Shown in pieces: positions 32,175 to 43,468 of a stretch of 64,000 nucleotides of DNA; the stretch's first letter is position 1, and each line of letters opens with the position of its first letter. The notes under the pieces are model-generated. The model saw nothing but the letters and a program-made list of their open reading frames with translations. It ran no database searches and had not been told where the DNA came from. This stretch comes from Naegleria gruberi. Taxonomy: Eukaryota. The position numbers were made by a program, and so were the translations under genes. The stretch is taken from NCBI GenBank assembly GCA_000004985.1, contig GG738867.1. One strand, written 5' to 3'.

Positions 32175-34659
32175 ATGGTTAATATATTCAGTAAGTGTGT
32201 GCTGCTTGATTTCAGTCCGTTTAACTTTTTATTCGAATATTACTTCATATCTACATTTTATCATCATCAAACTCTAAATTAATTATCTAATTCATCACCA
32301 CTCTCTTCATCATTCTAACAACACGTTATCACTCTCTATCCAATAACGATCTATTCTGTATTTTCATATCTATTTTTGTGGATTACACTTTGACTAACCA
32401 ACAACATTTTGATAACATAACTTTACCACAACATATTCAACAATAACAAAATCTTACCATTATCACTACGATAACCACTCACAACAATTCACTTCTAATA
32501 ATCATCATACCGTCTACTTCATATCATGTTCCATGTTCTCCACCAATTATAACCGTTTCATTCAACTTTCATCAACTTGTCAACGCTGCGAACAACTCCT
32601 TCATCATTTAATACCATTCTTCTAATCCTGTTGAATAATAATAATAATAATATTACTGCATAACCAACAACAAATCTAATTTATTTTCAATTGAAATATA
32701 ATAGAGAAGAAAAAGGTGTTTGGCTTACCACTCGAACAAGCTATTAAACAATCACCCATTCTCAATGGTTTACCATTTCCATTGACTAGATGTGTTGATG
32801 CTGTGGAAAGATATGCACTCCATGAAGAGGGTATTTATAGAAGAGCAGGTGCCAAGAATTCCATTGAAGCCTTAGTTAAAGCCTACGATACTGGAAAAGA
32901 TCCAGATCTACAAGCTCAAGACCCTTACACTGTTTGTTGTGTATTGAAGGAGTACTTGAAGAAATTACCAGAACCACTCACATCCTATGAATTATATAAT
33001 GATTTTATGGAGATTGGAAGAACTAGAAAGAACAAACCAAGAGAAGCTAGTGCAGATGAAATGAGACGATTGATAGAGAAATTACCAGAAAGTTGTCGAT
33101 ATGTCTTGTATTTTGTTATTAGACATTTACAAGCTGTTGCTCAACATCATGATGAGAACAAAATGAGTATTACTAACTTGTCAATTGTTTTTGGTCCTAA
33201 TTTGTTCCGTTCTCTAAATGACAGTCCAACTGCAATGCTTGGTGATGTTTCTCATCAAGGATATTGTGTCGATTTATTAATTAGAGAATCTGATACCGTG
33301 TTTGGATCAATTGCTGTTGATAATAAGAAGATTGCTGTTATGGATGATCCTCTTTCACAATTCACAGCTGCTCACTCTCCAGCTGCAGAAAAACCAAAAG
33401 CTGGTGATACTGATAATTCTCCTGGAAATAGATCTTCAAGAAGATTTGGTGGAGGACAAGATAAGAGAAAGGGTCTCTCACTCATTGAATTAAAATTGAA
33501 TGAAGACTCTCCTGCATCTGCTGGTAGAGGATTGTTTAGACCAGAGAGTACAAGAATTATTTTTAATGATGACAACAAATCAAAGCAAGTTACCTATTCT
33601 ACCGATGACATTACTCAATTAGTGAAAAATATTGTTAATGAAACTTTGGACGAATCTGCTCACAAGGCATTTAAGAGAACTTTGAATGATGGTTATTCCA
33701 TGTTGAGACCTCCTAAGAAGGCCTCATGGAAATCAGAAGAACCTGAGGATACATCAATTTATGCCACTAACAATAGTCAACGTAGATCATCTGCTGTTGA
33801 AGAATATACCAAAGACTTGGATCACGCTTCGGATGTAACCTCCCCTGCTGAAGATGATTCTTCCACACATGACACTAATTCGAATTCACACAAAGATATT
33901 GAGCCACTAACAGAAGAAACAATCAAAAAACTTGAATCACATCCAATAGATATTAACTCTCCAATTGAATCAATCAATGCAAGATTAACCATCAAAAGAG
34001 GTTACTACTCTCAAACAGTTTTCAAAGGTCTAGATACTACAAGGGTAGATGAGAAATGGAATGTAAACCAATTGTATCTAGAAAAAACAATTATCAGAGA
34101 GGAAATATATAATTTTGAAGAGGCCTACAAGAAAGCCAAACATTCTCAACCAACAAAAGAAGTTAAAGAGCACTTGAGGCCAATTTACCAACGATATTAC
34201 CAAGCTAGAGACCTTTATGAATTATTCGAATCTAAAAACAGATCATTCCTCTCACAAATGAGTATGGAATCACCTTTACATCAAGTTGCTGTTTTTAAAC
34301 GAAACAGTTATTCCCATAAGAATGGAAATAGATTAAGTAACAATCCGTATATGGACGGAAGAAGATCTATTTCATTCTCACTTAGAGGAAAATCATCACA
34401 AATTCAATCACCAGAATTTAAACAAATACTCCTTAAAAACCCAGATTATGCAGAGATGAGAAACAAAAAGCAACAACTGAAGAAATCCCTTTTAACATTT
34501 GAAAAACAATTCAAAGACACTCACAAACGAAAGATGAAATACAAGAGTGACTGGGGAGAAAACTCTCAACTCTTTGATGAGTATAAACTCATCCGAAGAA
34601 AAATGGTAGAGTTTGCCCTGAAACATTCAAGATCAAGAAATCACAATCATGATGAATAG
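32175..34659 (+). CDS. RhoGAP-domain protein; main exon 32705-34659, putative 16-nt first exon 32175-32190 (speculative)
   Basis: RhoGAP motifs 'VFGLPLEQA', 'GIYRRAGAKNSIEALVKAYDTG', 'VLKEYLKKLPEPL', 'NKMSITNLSIVFGPNLFRS'.
The track start is a GTG.
Candidate exon 1 'ATGGTTAATATATTCA|GTAAGT' splices in frame to …AATAG|AGAAGAAAAAGGTG…, giving MVNIFKKKKVFGLPL. Confidence 0.65.
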
Positions 34660-34896
34660 TGACTACACTGATCATCATGATTGAGAGATCTTCATGCATG
34701 TTTTAAATCTTTCGTTGGATTAGTCTTGTAATCCAACATAATAATGGATCGTTAACAAATATTTGTTTCATTCAGTACTATGTATAACAATTTCAATAAA
34801 TGATAAACACCTCTGTCTTAATAAATGAATATCAATAGAATAAAGAGCAGAAGAATAAACCCAGATAGATTATTGAACTATTTCACATTTAAAATT

Positions 34897-35853
34897 CTAC
34901 TTGTCACTCTTAGGTGTTTTAATTTCATTTCTGGATGATTCTTTGGTGGGGTTTGGACTAGCCCTAACCGATGTAAGAGGAGTAGTTGAAATCCAATGTG
35001 GAGGACGCATTCCACCAGCAATGCTTGTAATTGGCATTGGAATTGAAGTTGGCATCGGAGGGATAGGAGTAAAGGCAATGCAATCTCCTTGTATCATGTG
35101 CATTTCAAATGATTCCATATCATGAACCATATAAACATTCTTGTTACAAACATTACAAAATCTGACATTAGAAATGGATGGTAACTGATTGAATTGCAAT
35201 GGACATTTGTAAATAAATTCGCAATTCTCAATGTATACTTGTTGCTCTACTGTTTTTGCAAATTCAGGAGTGTCAATAATAAAGTTTTTCCCGTGCAATT
35301 TGATATGTTTCATTCTACGTCTCAGTACATGCATCCAATTTTTAACATTTAGATTCTTTCCAAATTTAGGGAAACAATATTGAACCAGAGGTGCCCAAAT
35401 CAATTGTTGAACTCTTTCAAACTCCATTACTTCATCCTTATCATAATCCATTTGTCCAATGCCATTTTCTTCCAATGAATTTCCTCCAAAATTCTTTTCC
35501 AAATTAAATAATAATTTCAAAGAATGTGAATCCACTTGTGAAAATTCATTCAAATCTCGCAATGGCAAATACCGTGCTATATGTATAGTAATTTCATCAA
35601 TAAATATATCCTTAATTGTTGTTATTGTTGGCAATTTCTTAGCAGTTTGTTTACTATTTTCAGTTTGTTGTTTCATGTTCTTGCTGTCTGTTGTTGAACA
35701 TGAGGAATTGTTTTCTAATTGGGCGAGATCATCCACTACTTGTGATGAATTGTTTGTAGATGATTGTTTCAACCAGCCAATAAAATTGGACATTTTTTTA
35801 GAGATGTTTGGAGGGGACAAGTGAGTGACAGATGTGAGATTTGTTGTTATCAT
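34897..35853 (-). CDS. F-box-like protein with C-terminal Cys/His-rich segment
   Basis: ATG ORF of 318 aa.
'IFIDEITIHIARYLPLRDLNEFSQVD' F-box-like.
'CPLQFNQLPSISNVRFCNVCNKNVYMVHDMESFEMHMIQGDC'. Confidence 0.45.
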   Translation of the reverse strand: MITTNLTSVTHLSPPNISKKMSNFIGWLKQSSTNNSSQVVDDLAQLENNSSCSTTDSKNMKQQTENSKQTAKKLPTITTIKDIFIDEITIHIARYLPLRDLNEFSQVDSHSLKLLFNLEKNFGGNSLEENGIGQMDYDKDEVMEFERVQQLIWAPLVQYCFPKFGKNLNVKNWMHVLRRRMKHIKLHGKNFIIDTPEFAKTVEQQVYIENCEFIYKCPLQFNQLPSISNVRFCNVCNKNVYMVHDMESFEMHMIQGDCIAFTPIPPMPTSIPMPITSIAGGMRPPHWISTTPLTSVRASPNPTKESSRNEIKTPKSDK

Positions 35854-36243
35854 TCATATCTTTTAGCATGATGGTAATTATCTTTGGAATGATTAGCCAT
35901 TTTTTAGTATCCTTCATGAGTGAAATATGGATAGCAGGAATTGATATTCAGAAAACCAAATCAAAGTATATATACACAATTTCTAAACATTAAAAAGGAG
36001 AGACATGGTTGATAAATAATATCAATAAGAAAACAAATTCCAAAGTCTCACTCACTCCAATATTGAGGAAGGAAATTGAATTTAGCAACATTTAAGAATC
36101 TCATTATTCCTCAATACATTAAAAATTAGCGCTACAGATTCTTGCTTTTCTCCATTTTTGGACATATTTAGGGCAGATCTTCTCGGTCAACTTGGTAATT
36201 GTAATCTCTAGTTTTTTATATTAGCAGCAAGAAGGTTAAAAAA

Positions 36244-37227
36244 ATGAATCTAAAGCAACTTGCCAGAATCCTTTCCAAGTATTCTTCAAATACAACAGTT
36301 TGTGCTCAATTTTTGAACATTAATGTCAAGTCAACAAGTAGTAGTAGATTCTTCTCTCAGAAATGTCAAGTTTCTAAAGAATCCGATCGTCATAATGACA
36401 TAAAATGTATGTATTCAATGGCGTCTAGTATGAAAGCAGTGAAAAGCTATCAAGAGGCTCTTGAATTCTATCAAAAAATTATTCAGGTTTCCAAAACAAG
36501 TCATCATCATGAACACATTGGAAATTCTCAACAGGGACACATAGTGGGGATGTCTTGGTTAGAATCTGGAAATTGCTTGAATTCTCTGAATAGATATGAA
36601 GAAGCTTTGAATTGTTTCTCAACCATCTTAAATTTCCATCCAAACACTTTTTATCAAATATTGGGACATTATGGAAGAGCTACCTGTTATTTCAATATGG
36701 GAAAGTATAGAGAAGCATCTCATGACTATTCTCAAACTATTCTGCTATTTGCATCTAAAAAATCAACTCAGCAACATGTCATTGATTCAAGTTTGTGTTA
36801 TTATCATAGAGCTCTGTGTCATCTCAACTTGAATGAGTATCAACAAGCTATTAGTGATTTCTCTGTACTACTCCGTGACAGTTCAGAAGAGGAAATTATT
36901 GAACTAGAGTCTAATTTAGCATTGGAAAATGAGGATAAGAAATTAGTAGTCTTCTTTTCAAGGGCAAATGCTTTCATTCATGCCAACAAGCTGAAGCGAG
37001 CACTTGATGACATAAATCGTGGTATTGTACTTCACGAAAAACAAATCCGACATCATAATGTCCAACCACATGAATTGTATAGAATCAAAGCAGAGATACT
37101 GTATAGCATGAAAGAGTTTAACAAGTCTCGTGACAATTTATTGAAAGCCATTCAATTGAATCCAACAGACGAGAAAGCTCAATTATCCTTGTCTTTACTG
37201 AATAGTAGTTTGAAAATGGATAACTGA
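36244..37227 (+). CDS. TPR-repeat protein
   Basis: ATG ORF of 327 aa.
Successive 34-aa TPR-like units ('YQEALEFYQKII', 'YEEALNCFSTILNFHPN', 'GRATCYFNMGKYREASHDYSQTI', 'YHRALCHLNLNEYQQAISDFSVLL'). Confidence 0.6.
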   Translation: MNLKQLARILSKYSSNTTVCAQFLNINVKSTSSSRFFSQKCQVSKESDRHNDIKCMYSMASSMKAVKSYQEALEFYQKIIQVSKTSHHHEHIGNSQQGHIVGMSWLESGNCLNSLNRYEEALNCFSTILNFHPNTFYQILGHYGRATCYFNMGKYREASHDYSQTILLFASKKSTQQHVIDSSLCYYHRALCHLNLNEYQQAISDFSVLLRDSSEEEIIELESNLALENEDKKLVVFFSRANAFIHANKLKRALDDINRGIVLHEKQIRHHNVQPHELYRIKAEILYSMKEFNKSRDNLLKAIQLNPTDEKAQLSLSLLNSSLKMDN

Positions 37228-37294
37228 GAATGTAAAATAAATTAAAATGCAATGTTTTTTTCAAAATAACCAAACCCACAGCGCAGTAAAAGAT

Positions 37295-37368
37295 TGCCTC
37301 CCTTGGGAATCGAACCCAAGACCTCTGTCTTACTAGGACAGCGCTACTGCCAACTGAGCTAGGAAGGC
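37295..37368 (-). tRNA. tRNA-Thr (anticodon AGU)
   Basis: Reverse complement GCCTTCCTAGCTCAGTTGGCAGTAGCGCTGTCCTAGTAAGACAGAGGTCTTGGGTTCGATTCCCAAGGGAGGCA.
Anticodon stem CTGTC/GACAG with loop CTAGTAA.
T-loop TTCGATT.
A T-run terminator follows on the minus strand. Confidence 0.8.
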
Positions 37369-37488
37369 TTACATTCATGATGAAAATCTGTTTTATAGAT
37401 TTTTGGAGTATGAGTAAAAATAGGATTAAATTCAAATAGCACGACTTATTGTCCTCAAACTTTTGTGTTTACGTTTAATAAAACAAAA

Positions 37489-39325
37489 ATGAACATTAAG
37501 GAAAGCGAAAAGAATGCTGATCAAAATTCTGTAAGGTTCACCTCTGTAGCACTATCAAACACTTTTAGAATACAAAAATTGAAGATCGGAACAAGAAATA
37601 CTAAAAACAACTCATCAGGGACCCTTATTGATTCCAATCCTAATCAAGATCAAGAGGAGGAAATAATTATGATTCCAAAAAGCAAAAACTCGTCAAAACA
37701 GCATCAAATTCCATCTTCTCCAAAAGTTACAAATTACGTTTCAAATCATGTAAATAGAATGGTTGCATTTCCTCAAAATCTTCATCAACAACAGAAGAAA
37801 AACCGATCAAAATATGCTCTCCTATTGCAATCATTAGATTCCGATTCAATTTGGAATATTTTGGATTTCTATGGTGGAGAATGCAACAAATCACTTTCAA
37901 CACCCAATGGAAAGATAATGATTAAGGAATTTATTAGGAGATATTATGGAAGATTTAAGGATAGATTGGTGAGATTCATGTTCAGATTTATAAGAATCGA
38001 TTTCAGACATGTTAATTCACCTTCTGAAATAATTAGTCTAATTTCAATACCATTACTTTCTCTTGATGAATTTAAATTCAATAAGAATAATTCCGCCACA
38101 AAGTATATTTTTAATTTATTCGAAATATCAAAGATGGAAATGCAGAAGAAGGATTGGGTGAATTCCTATAGAATGATTATTGAGAGGAGATTCTTGAGAT
38201 TTACAGATTTGATTGAGAATCAATTAGGAAAAATAGTGGAATTGGATGTTACTGGAACCTATTTATATAAATGCCCTAAATTACTGGAATTTATCATTTC
38301 GAAATGTTCAAATCTTAAAACTTTTAAAGGGGAAGATGATCTAACGGATAATGTTCGGTTTTACAATATTGAAGAATATTATGAAAAGTTTCCAAAAGAG
38401 TTTTTCAAAGCATTTGAGAGTAATGGTCACTCGTTAAAGCACCTCTCATGGAATGGGTCACCTATGCAATTTGAGATGAGTTGGTGGACAAGAGGTTTGG
38501 AGTTTTTGGACCTTAGTAAGTATTTTCACAACTATTTACATTTTGACATTGAAAGGAGGGTATTATTCATTTGCATTGATTCAATCTCTCTTTGTAAATT
38601 GGACCAATTTGAAAGTGTTGAAAATTAAGAGATTAAGAAAGTTTGGAGGAAGTTTTGCAAAAAATGATGAGAACGAAGAGGCAGAATGTTTATCTGAAAT
38701 GATTAATTTTGTTAGGAATATGCACTTGTTGCGACATTTAGAATTTGGAGATGATATTTCACCACAAGATTTTGAACAATTAGCCGGAAAAACTTCTATC
38801 GAATCATTTTCACTTCAGTTATATAGTAGAAACATGTATTGTGATTCATACTTTCAAGTCATTTCCTCCTTTAGAAATTTGAAACAATTATCAATTGCTT
38901 TGACTTGTAAATTAAGCAAATCTGTGTTGAAAGTAATTGGATCAATGAAACTGGAACAATTTAAAATACTAGAAACTGAATTTTATGAAGAACCAGAAGA
39001 GTTGGAAGATACAGATATTGAGAGTCAATCAGAGGAATCAAGAACAGATCCAATCGAACATTTTGAATTGGTTGACATTTTGGATATGATTTCAAACCTT
39101 TCCAATCTTCAACTATTTTCGATCAATATTTCGAAACATTTAGAAAGAGATGTGTTGAATTATTTTCAAGATTATGAAAGTTACAAGACCATCAAAGCAT
39201 TCAATGGGAGATATACTAACTCGTCAGAAGGTTATACATTGGATGTTTATGGAGTTGTCAATATGTGTGATGTTATTCATTCCGATAGTAAGTTGTTTAA
39301 AATGAAATCCTTGTCTCAAGTTTAA
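37489..39325 (+). CDS. F-box/LRR-repeat protein; 2 exons joined by a 40-nt intron (38516-38555)
   Basis: ATG at 37489.
'LDSDSIWNILDFYGGE' F-box-like.
The first ORF ends at 'GAC CTT A|GTAAGT…GAAAG|GAGGG'.
Splicing joins in frame to the second ORF's LRR-like region ('…EFLDLRGYYSFALIQSLFVNWTNLKVLKIKRLRKFGG', 'NLKQLSIALTCKLSKSVLKVIGSMKLEQFKILE'). Confidence 0.6.
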
Positions 39326-39590
39326 TAGTTTATGCAACTTTTGAATTGGAACGATTGAGAGAAGGAGCAGTGCACAATAAGCTCTACCTCAATCAATCCT
39401 CTCACCGACAAGTATATTCTTTGTAAATATTTCACTTTAGTTGTACAACTCCTATGAAAATCTTATTTCGTGGAGATTGCTGGATAAATTGCGAAACAAA
39501 TAATAAAGCCGCAATGGAATGCCAACTCCGTCTCCTATGAATGGTTCAAAATTTACAATTCCTTTATTAATAAGGTAAATAAAGGATCAA

Positions 39591-41326
39591 TTAAATACAA
39601 TTTGTACAGGAGGAAATAAAACCCTTATCTGGTTGGTATCTACAAAGTGTACATCTAGCTCTTCTGTTAATATCCAAAGTGCCAACATCCATGACATTAT
39701 GTACAACAAGAAACTGCAAATCGTCAATGATTTGTCTGGTCTTTTTGATCATGGTATGGTCTTTTGAAATCATGTAAGAGAACAAGTCTTTTGGGAGTGG
39801 ATACTCCGGGTGCTCCCTTTTAGATTTTTCCACAGCCTTTTTTAGAGACATGTATTGCAAAAATCCAATGTCTGAACTGGAGCCACTCGATGCCTTGATA
39901 TTCTTAACTATTGGCACCATTTCCTTGAATAATCTTTCAATGTCCAAAAGTCTAGAAATTGGAACGCTTGGGTATGTTTGCTGATTTTCAGAATTAATGA
40001 GACAAGTAGCAAATCCACAATATGGTGATGGTCGAATATTGTAATTTCCCTTTCCAAGAACTGATAGGAATGGTTCCAAAATCATTCCCACACTGGCAGG
40101 GAAAAAGTCATCCAATTTAATTTGTCCCTTAGTATCTTCCTCAATTAATTTTAGCAACTCCAAAGGATCCACATTGAAAGACTCGTCAACTTCATTAAAA
40201 GGTACAGCACATCTAATAAACATGAGTAAATCAGATGATTATCAAAACTTACTTTTTAAATTGTTTCATGATTTGGTTTGGTGTTCTCTCAGCCTCGATA
40301 ATAATAAATCTACAAAATCCCTTCATTGGAAAACGAAGTAAATTCAAAATTGAATCCAACTTTGGGAATGGTCGACTGACAACAATTCTGACAATTATTG
40401 TCAAATTGGTAATTTGTTTCAATATCAAAAACGCATTGTTCAACTCTAAAGCAGTTTGCTTTTCAATTCCTTTTTGAAGGAATATTTGTACAGATGGGTG
40501 AATACGAGGATTCAACAAGCAGGTATCGTCCAGCTTTGAAAGTTGAACAACTCTATCAAATGATAACTCTAAAACTATTGGATTATCCTTTGGTACATTG
40601 GCAAGAATCAAATTCACCTTCCTATTCAAAGTGACCATATCTTCCACTAATTTTCCATTCACTCTAATTATTACCTGTAATTTTAATTTATCAATTAATG
40701 AACATTTAATTATAAATATATTATTAATAATTAATAATCATAATTAAACATACATTCTTATCTTTTGGTATTAATTTCATAGTTTCCTTGATGGAATGCA
40801 AAATATGTTGGTCAGGAATAAATTGTTCCTCCGAATAAACATCCAAATCAACCATGAGTGGTGTGTTCTCTATTATTGTTCCATCATTATGAATCTGTTT
40901 TTCCAACTCTTCAATATCTGGATTGAAATTAGGTTTTGATTCTAGAATATCGGGAGAGTAATCCAACGTCTTCATGAAGAAATCAAAACTAGAACTAATT
41001 TTAATTTCCTGATTGCCATGTTCTTGACACTTAATTACTAGCCAAATATCATCCTTCCTCTTTACTATGTGACCTTCTTTCCAATGTTCCTTTTCCAATC
41101 CCTTTCCATCTTCAACAAACGAACAAATTGGGCAAATTGTTTGAGTTAGAAATAATATATTAATATCGGCCTCTGTTGATGATGATGATGGAGGTACCAA
41201 GAGGAGTGATGGTGAATTCACCAACCCACTATTACCACTCGATGATGAGGTGGCAGGAGAGGAGGGTGCCGATTGAGACCCTTTCGATGACTTGGAAGAT
41301 TTTTTGAAAGGGCTCCAAGAGAACAT
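39591..41326 (-). CDS. hypothetical protein; 3 exons (40754-41326, 40253-40674, 39591-40212) joined by introns of 79 nt (GTATGT…TTACAG) and 40 nt (GTAAGT…TTATTAG)
   Basis: Three consecutive minus-strand ORFs join in frame across canonical splice sites ('…LIPKDKN|VIIRVNGKLVEDM…', '…NQIMKQFK|K|CAVPFNEVDESFNVD…').
The N-terminus is Ser-rich.
Cys-containing motifs 'ICPICSFVEDGKG', 'PSPYCGFATCLI' and C-terminal 'RARCTLCRYQPDKGFISSCTNCI'.
I do not recognise the family. Confidence 0.5.
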
Positions 41327-42173
41327 TTTTTCAATTTGTGTTTTCTTGCTATGATGATAATCAACGTGATGAGGCGTAGCAAGAAGATATCGTTTTTATT
41401 AATCGGGTTGAAATTTTGGATGAGATTGAAGTAATATTAATGATGATCTATACAATGAAACATTCAGAATTGAATTGTTGTTTTGTATTGTTATGAAGTA
41501 GTAGTTTGGAGATTTTGCAACTCCTCAATATTCTCCAAAGATCTAAATGAGACCCACGCTTCTCTCCTTATAATATCTTGGCAACAATACTGTAATAATC
41601 AATCTCTCTCGCACTGAGAGTGATTTATTACAGTAGTTAAAAAGGATTTATTTGTTATTGCAAATCTTTTCAAAGATTTAAGGTATTTTAATCGAATGCA
41701 ACTCAAAAATCTTTGTATTAATCTTTCGATATTTCTCATTCCATCACCTTCCTAGTTGACTGATAAGATCTTATTAATAGTGATGGAAGGGAGGATTTGA
41801 ATTTCTCTCGGTTATTGGTGTGTTTCTCGAAAAAGGTTCCTTCCAAAAAACCCTGGCCGGAGTTTCATCCCCGGACGCTTTGCTTTTCTTCACAAAACGG
41901 TGAACAGAGAATTTGCCTCCAAAAGCATAGGAGAAAAAATACACGCAACACCACAACCCCTCTCTGTTCTTCTCGTTCAACAACCGCTCCTCTCTTTTTC
42001 CTCTGAGAACATACGTTGTGGCTGAAAGCCGTTCAAAAACATTAACAATCCATACAAAACATCAAATCTTTTAACAAGAGCGTTACGAGGTAGCAACCAT
42101 CTTCATCAAACGTGAAAAACTTCCCAACAACAAGAACAATAGTTTTTTTTATTTATTACTTCATCATATAAAA

Positions 42174-43322
42174 ATGTCTTCAATCCACCTTACAAGATTG
42201 AATCCACCACCATCCACAGCTTCAGATATTCTATTCTTGGGCTTTAATCAAGACAATAGCTGCATGGCAGCAGGTGTATCCAACGGTTTTCGTATATATA
42301 ATTGCGATCCATACAAGGAAACCTTCAAGAGAGAATTTTCTGGTTCTATCGGTATGGTAGAAATGCTTTTCCGTTGCAATATTCTTGCCATTGTAGGTGG
42401 AGGCACTGAACCAGCTTTTAATAAGAACAAGGTTATTCTCTGGGATGATAATCAATCTGCTCCTATTGGAGAATTAACATTTAAATCAGAAGTGAAAGCA
42501 GTCAAATTACGAAGAGACAAGATTGTTGTCGTCCTCGATAAGTATGTCTACGTATACAACTTTGATAAGTTGGAGAGAATTAGAAAGTTTGAAACTTACA
42601 AGAATCCAAAAGGTCTTGTGGCCTTGAGTCCTTCTGATGATTGTGTGTTAGCCTTCCCAAATACTACCAAGGGTACTGTTCGTGTTGAATTACTCGATCA
42701 AGATAACTCTATCATTATCCCAGCCCACGATGGTGTCATTAACTGTATAGCATTAAATTCCGATGGTACGAGACTTGCTACTGCCTCAGAAAAGGGTACA
42801 TTGATCCGTATCTTTGACACTAAGAAGGGAACCAAATTACAAGAAGTGAGACGTGGTGCTGATAAGGCTGATATTTATTCTATTTCATTCTCTCCAGACT
42901 CTCTATTCTTCTGTGCTTCCAGTGACAAGGGAACTATTCACATTTTTGCCAATAATACTGGAACAGGTGCCAACTACCAAGTCAATCCATCTAACATTAA
43001 CAATAATAACCAACCAACACAACAAAATTCTATCCAACAACAACCTACCACCAGTACACCAACAGGCTCATCCCCAGACCAAATTACAAATCGTAAATCG
43101 AAAATGTCATTCTTTGGAGGATATTTTGGGTCCGAATGGTCTCATTCTTGGTACAAAGGTCCTGAGTGTCCTTCTATAGTTTGTTTTGGCCTTGATAGCC
43201 GTTCTATCATTGTTTTCACTGCTGAAGGTTCATATATCAAGTTAGTTTTTGATCCAAAGAAGGGAGGAGAATGTCAAAGAAAATCTTTTGCTCGGTATGC
43301 CAAGCCAAACAAGAATCACTAA
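42174..43322 (+). CDS. WD-repeat PROPPIN (WIPI/Atg18 family) with Q/N/T-rich insert
   Basis: ATG ORF of 382 aa.
'GSIGMVEMLFRCNILAIVGGG'.
'TLIRIFDTKKGTKLQEVRRGADKADIYSISFSPD' carries the (L/F)RRG phosphoinositide-binding motif.
'DKGTIHIF'. Confidence 0.75.
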   Translation: MSSIHLTRLNPPPSTASDILFLGFNQDNSCMAAGVSNGFRIYNCDPYKETFKREFSGSIGMVEMLFRCNILAIVGGGTEPAFNKNKVILWDDNQSAPIGELTFKSEVKAVKLRRDKIVVVLDKYVYVYNFDKLERIRKFETYKNPKGLVALSPSDDCVLAFPNTTKGTVRVELLDQDNSIIIPAHDGVINCIALNSDGTRLATASEKGTLIRIFDTKKGTKLQEVRRGADKADIYSISFSPDSLFFCASSDKGTIHIFANNTGTGANYQVNPSNINNNNQPTQQNSIQQQPTTSTPTGSSPDQITNRKSKMSFFGGYFGSEWSHSWYKGPECPSIVCFGLDSRSIIVFTAEGSYIKLVFDPKKGGECQRKSFARYAKPNKNH

Positions 43323-43468
43323 GTTACTGCTGGGGGGTTCCCCACTCGATCGAATAAACCACTTTCGATTCTTTTGTACAAATTAATTTATGTATTGAAC
43401 AAGTTTTAAGTAAGCCAATAACAACTTTTCCCAATTCCAATAACCTTGTGAAATATTTCAATAATATA

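Noticed and set aside
41795-42010. Calling the GC-rich element a U6 snRNA or SRP (7SL) RNA
   Set aside because: Only fragments (ACAGAGA, GGUGAAC…AGCA) are present. The U6 5' stem-loop and AGC triad context, and the SRP Alu-domain and helix-8 pairing, could not be reconstructed. Kept only as a low-confidence candidate in findings.
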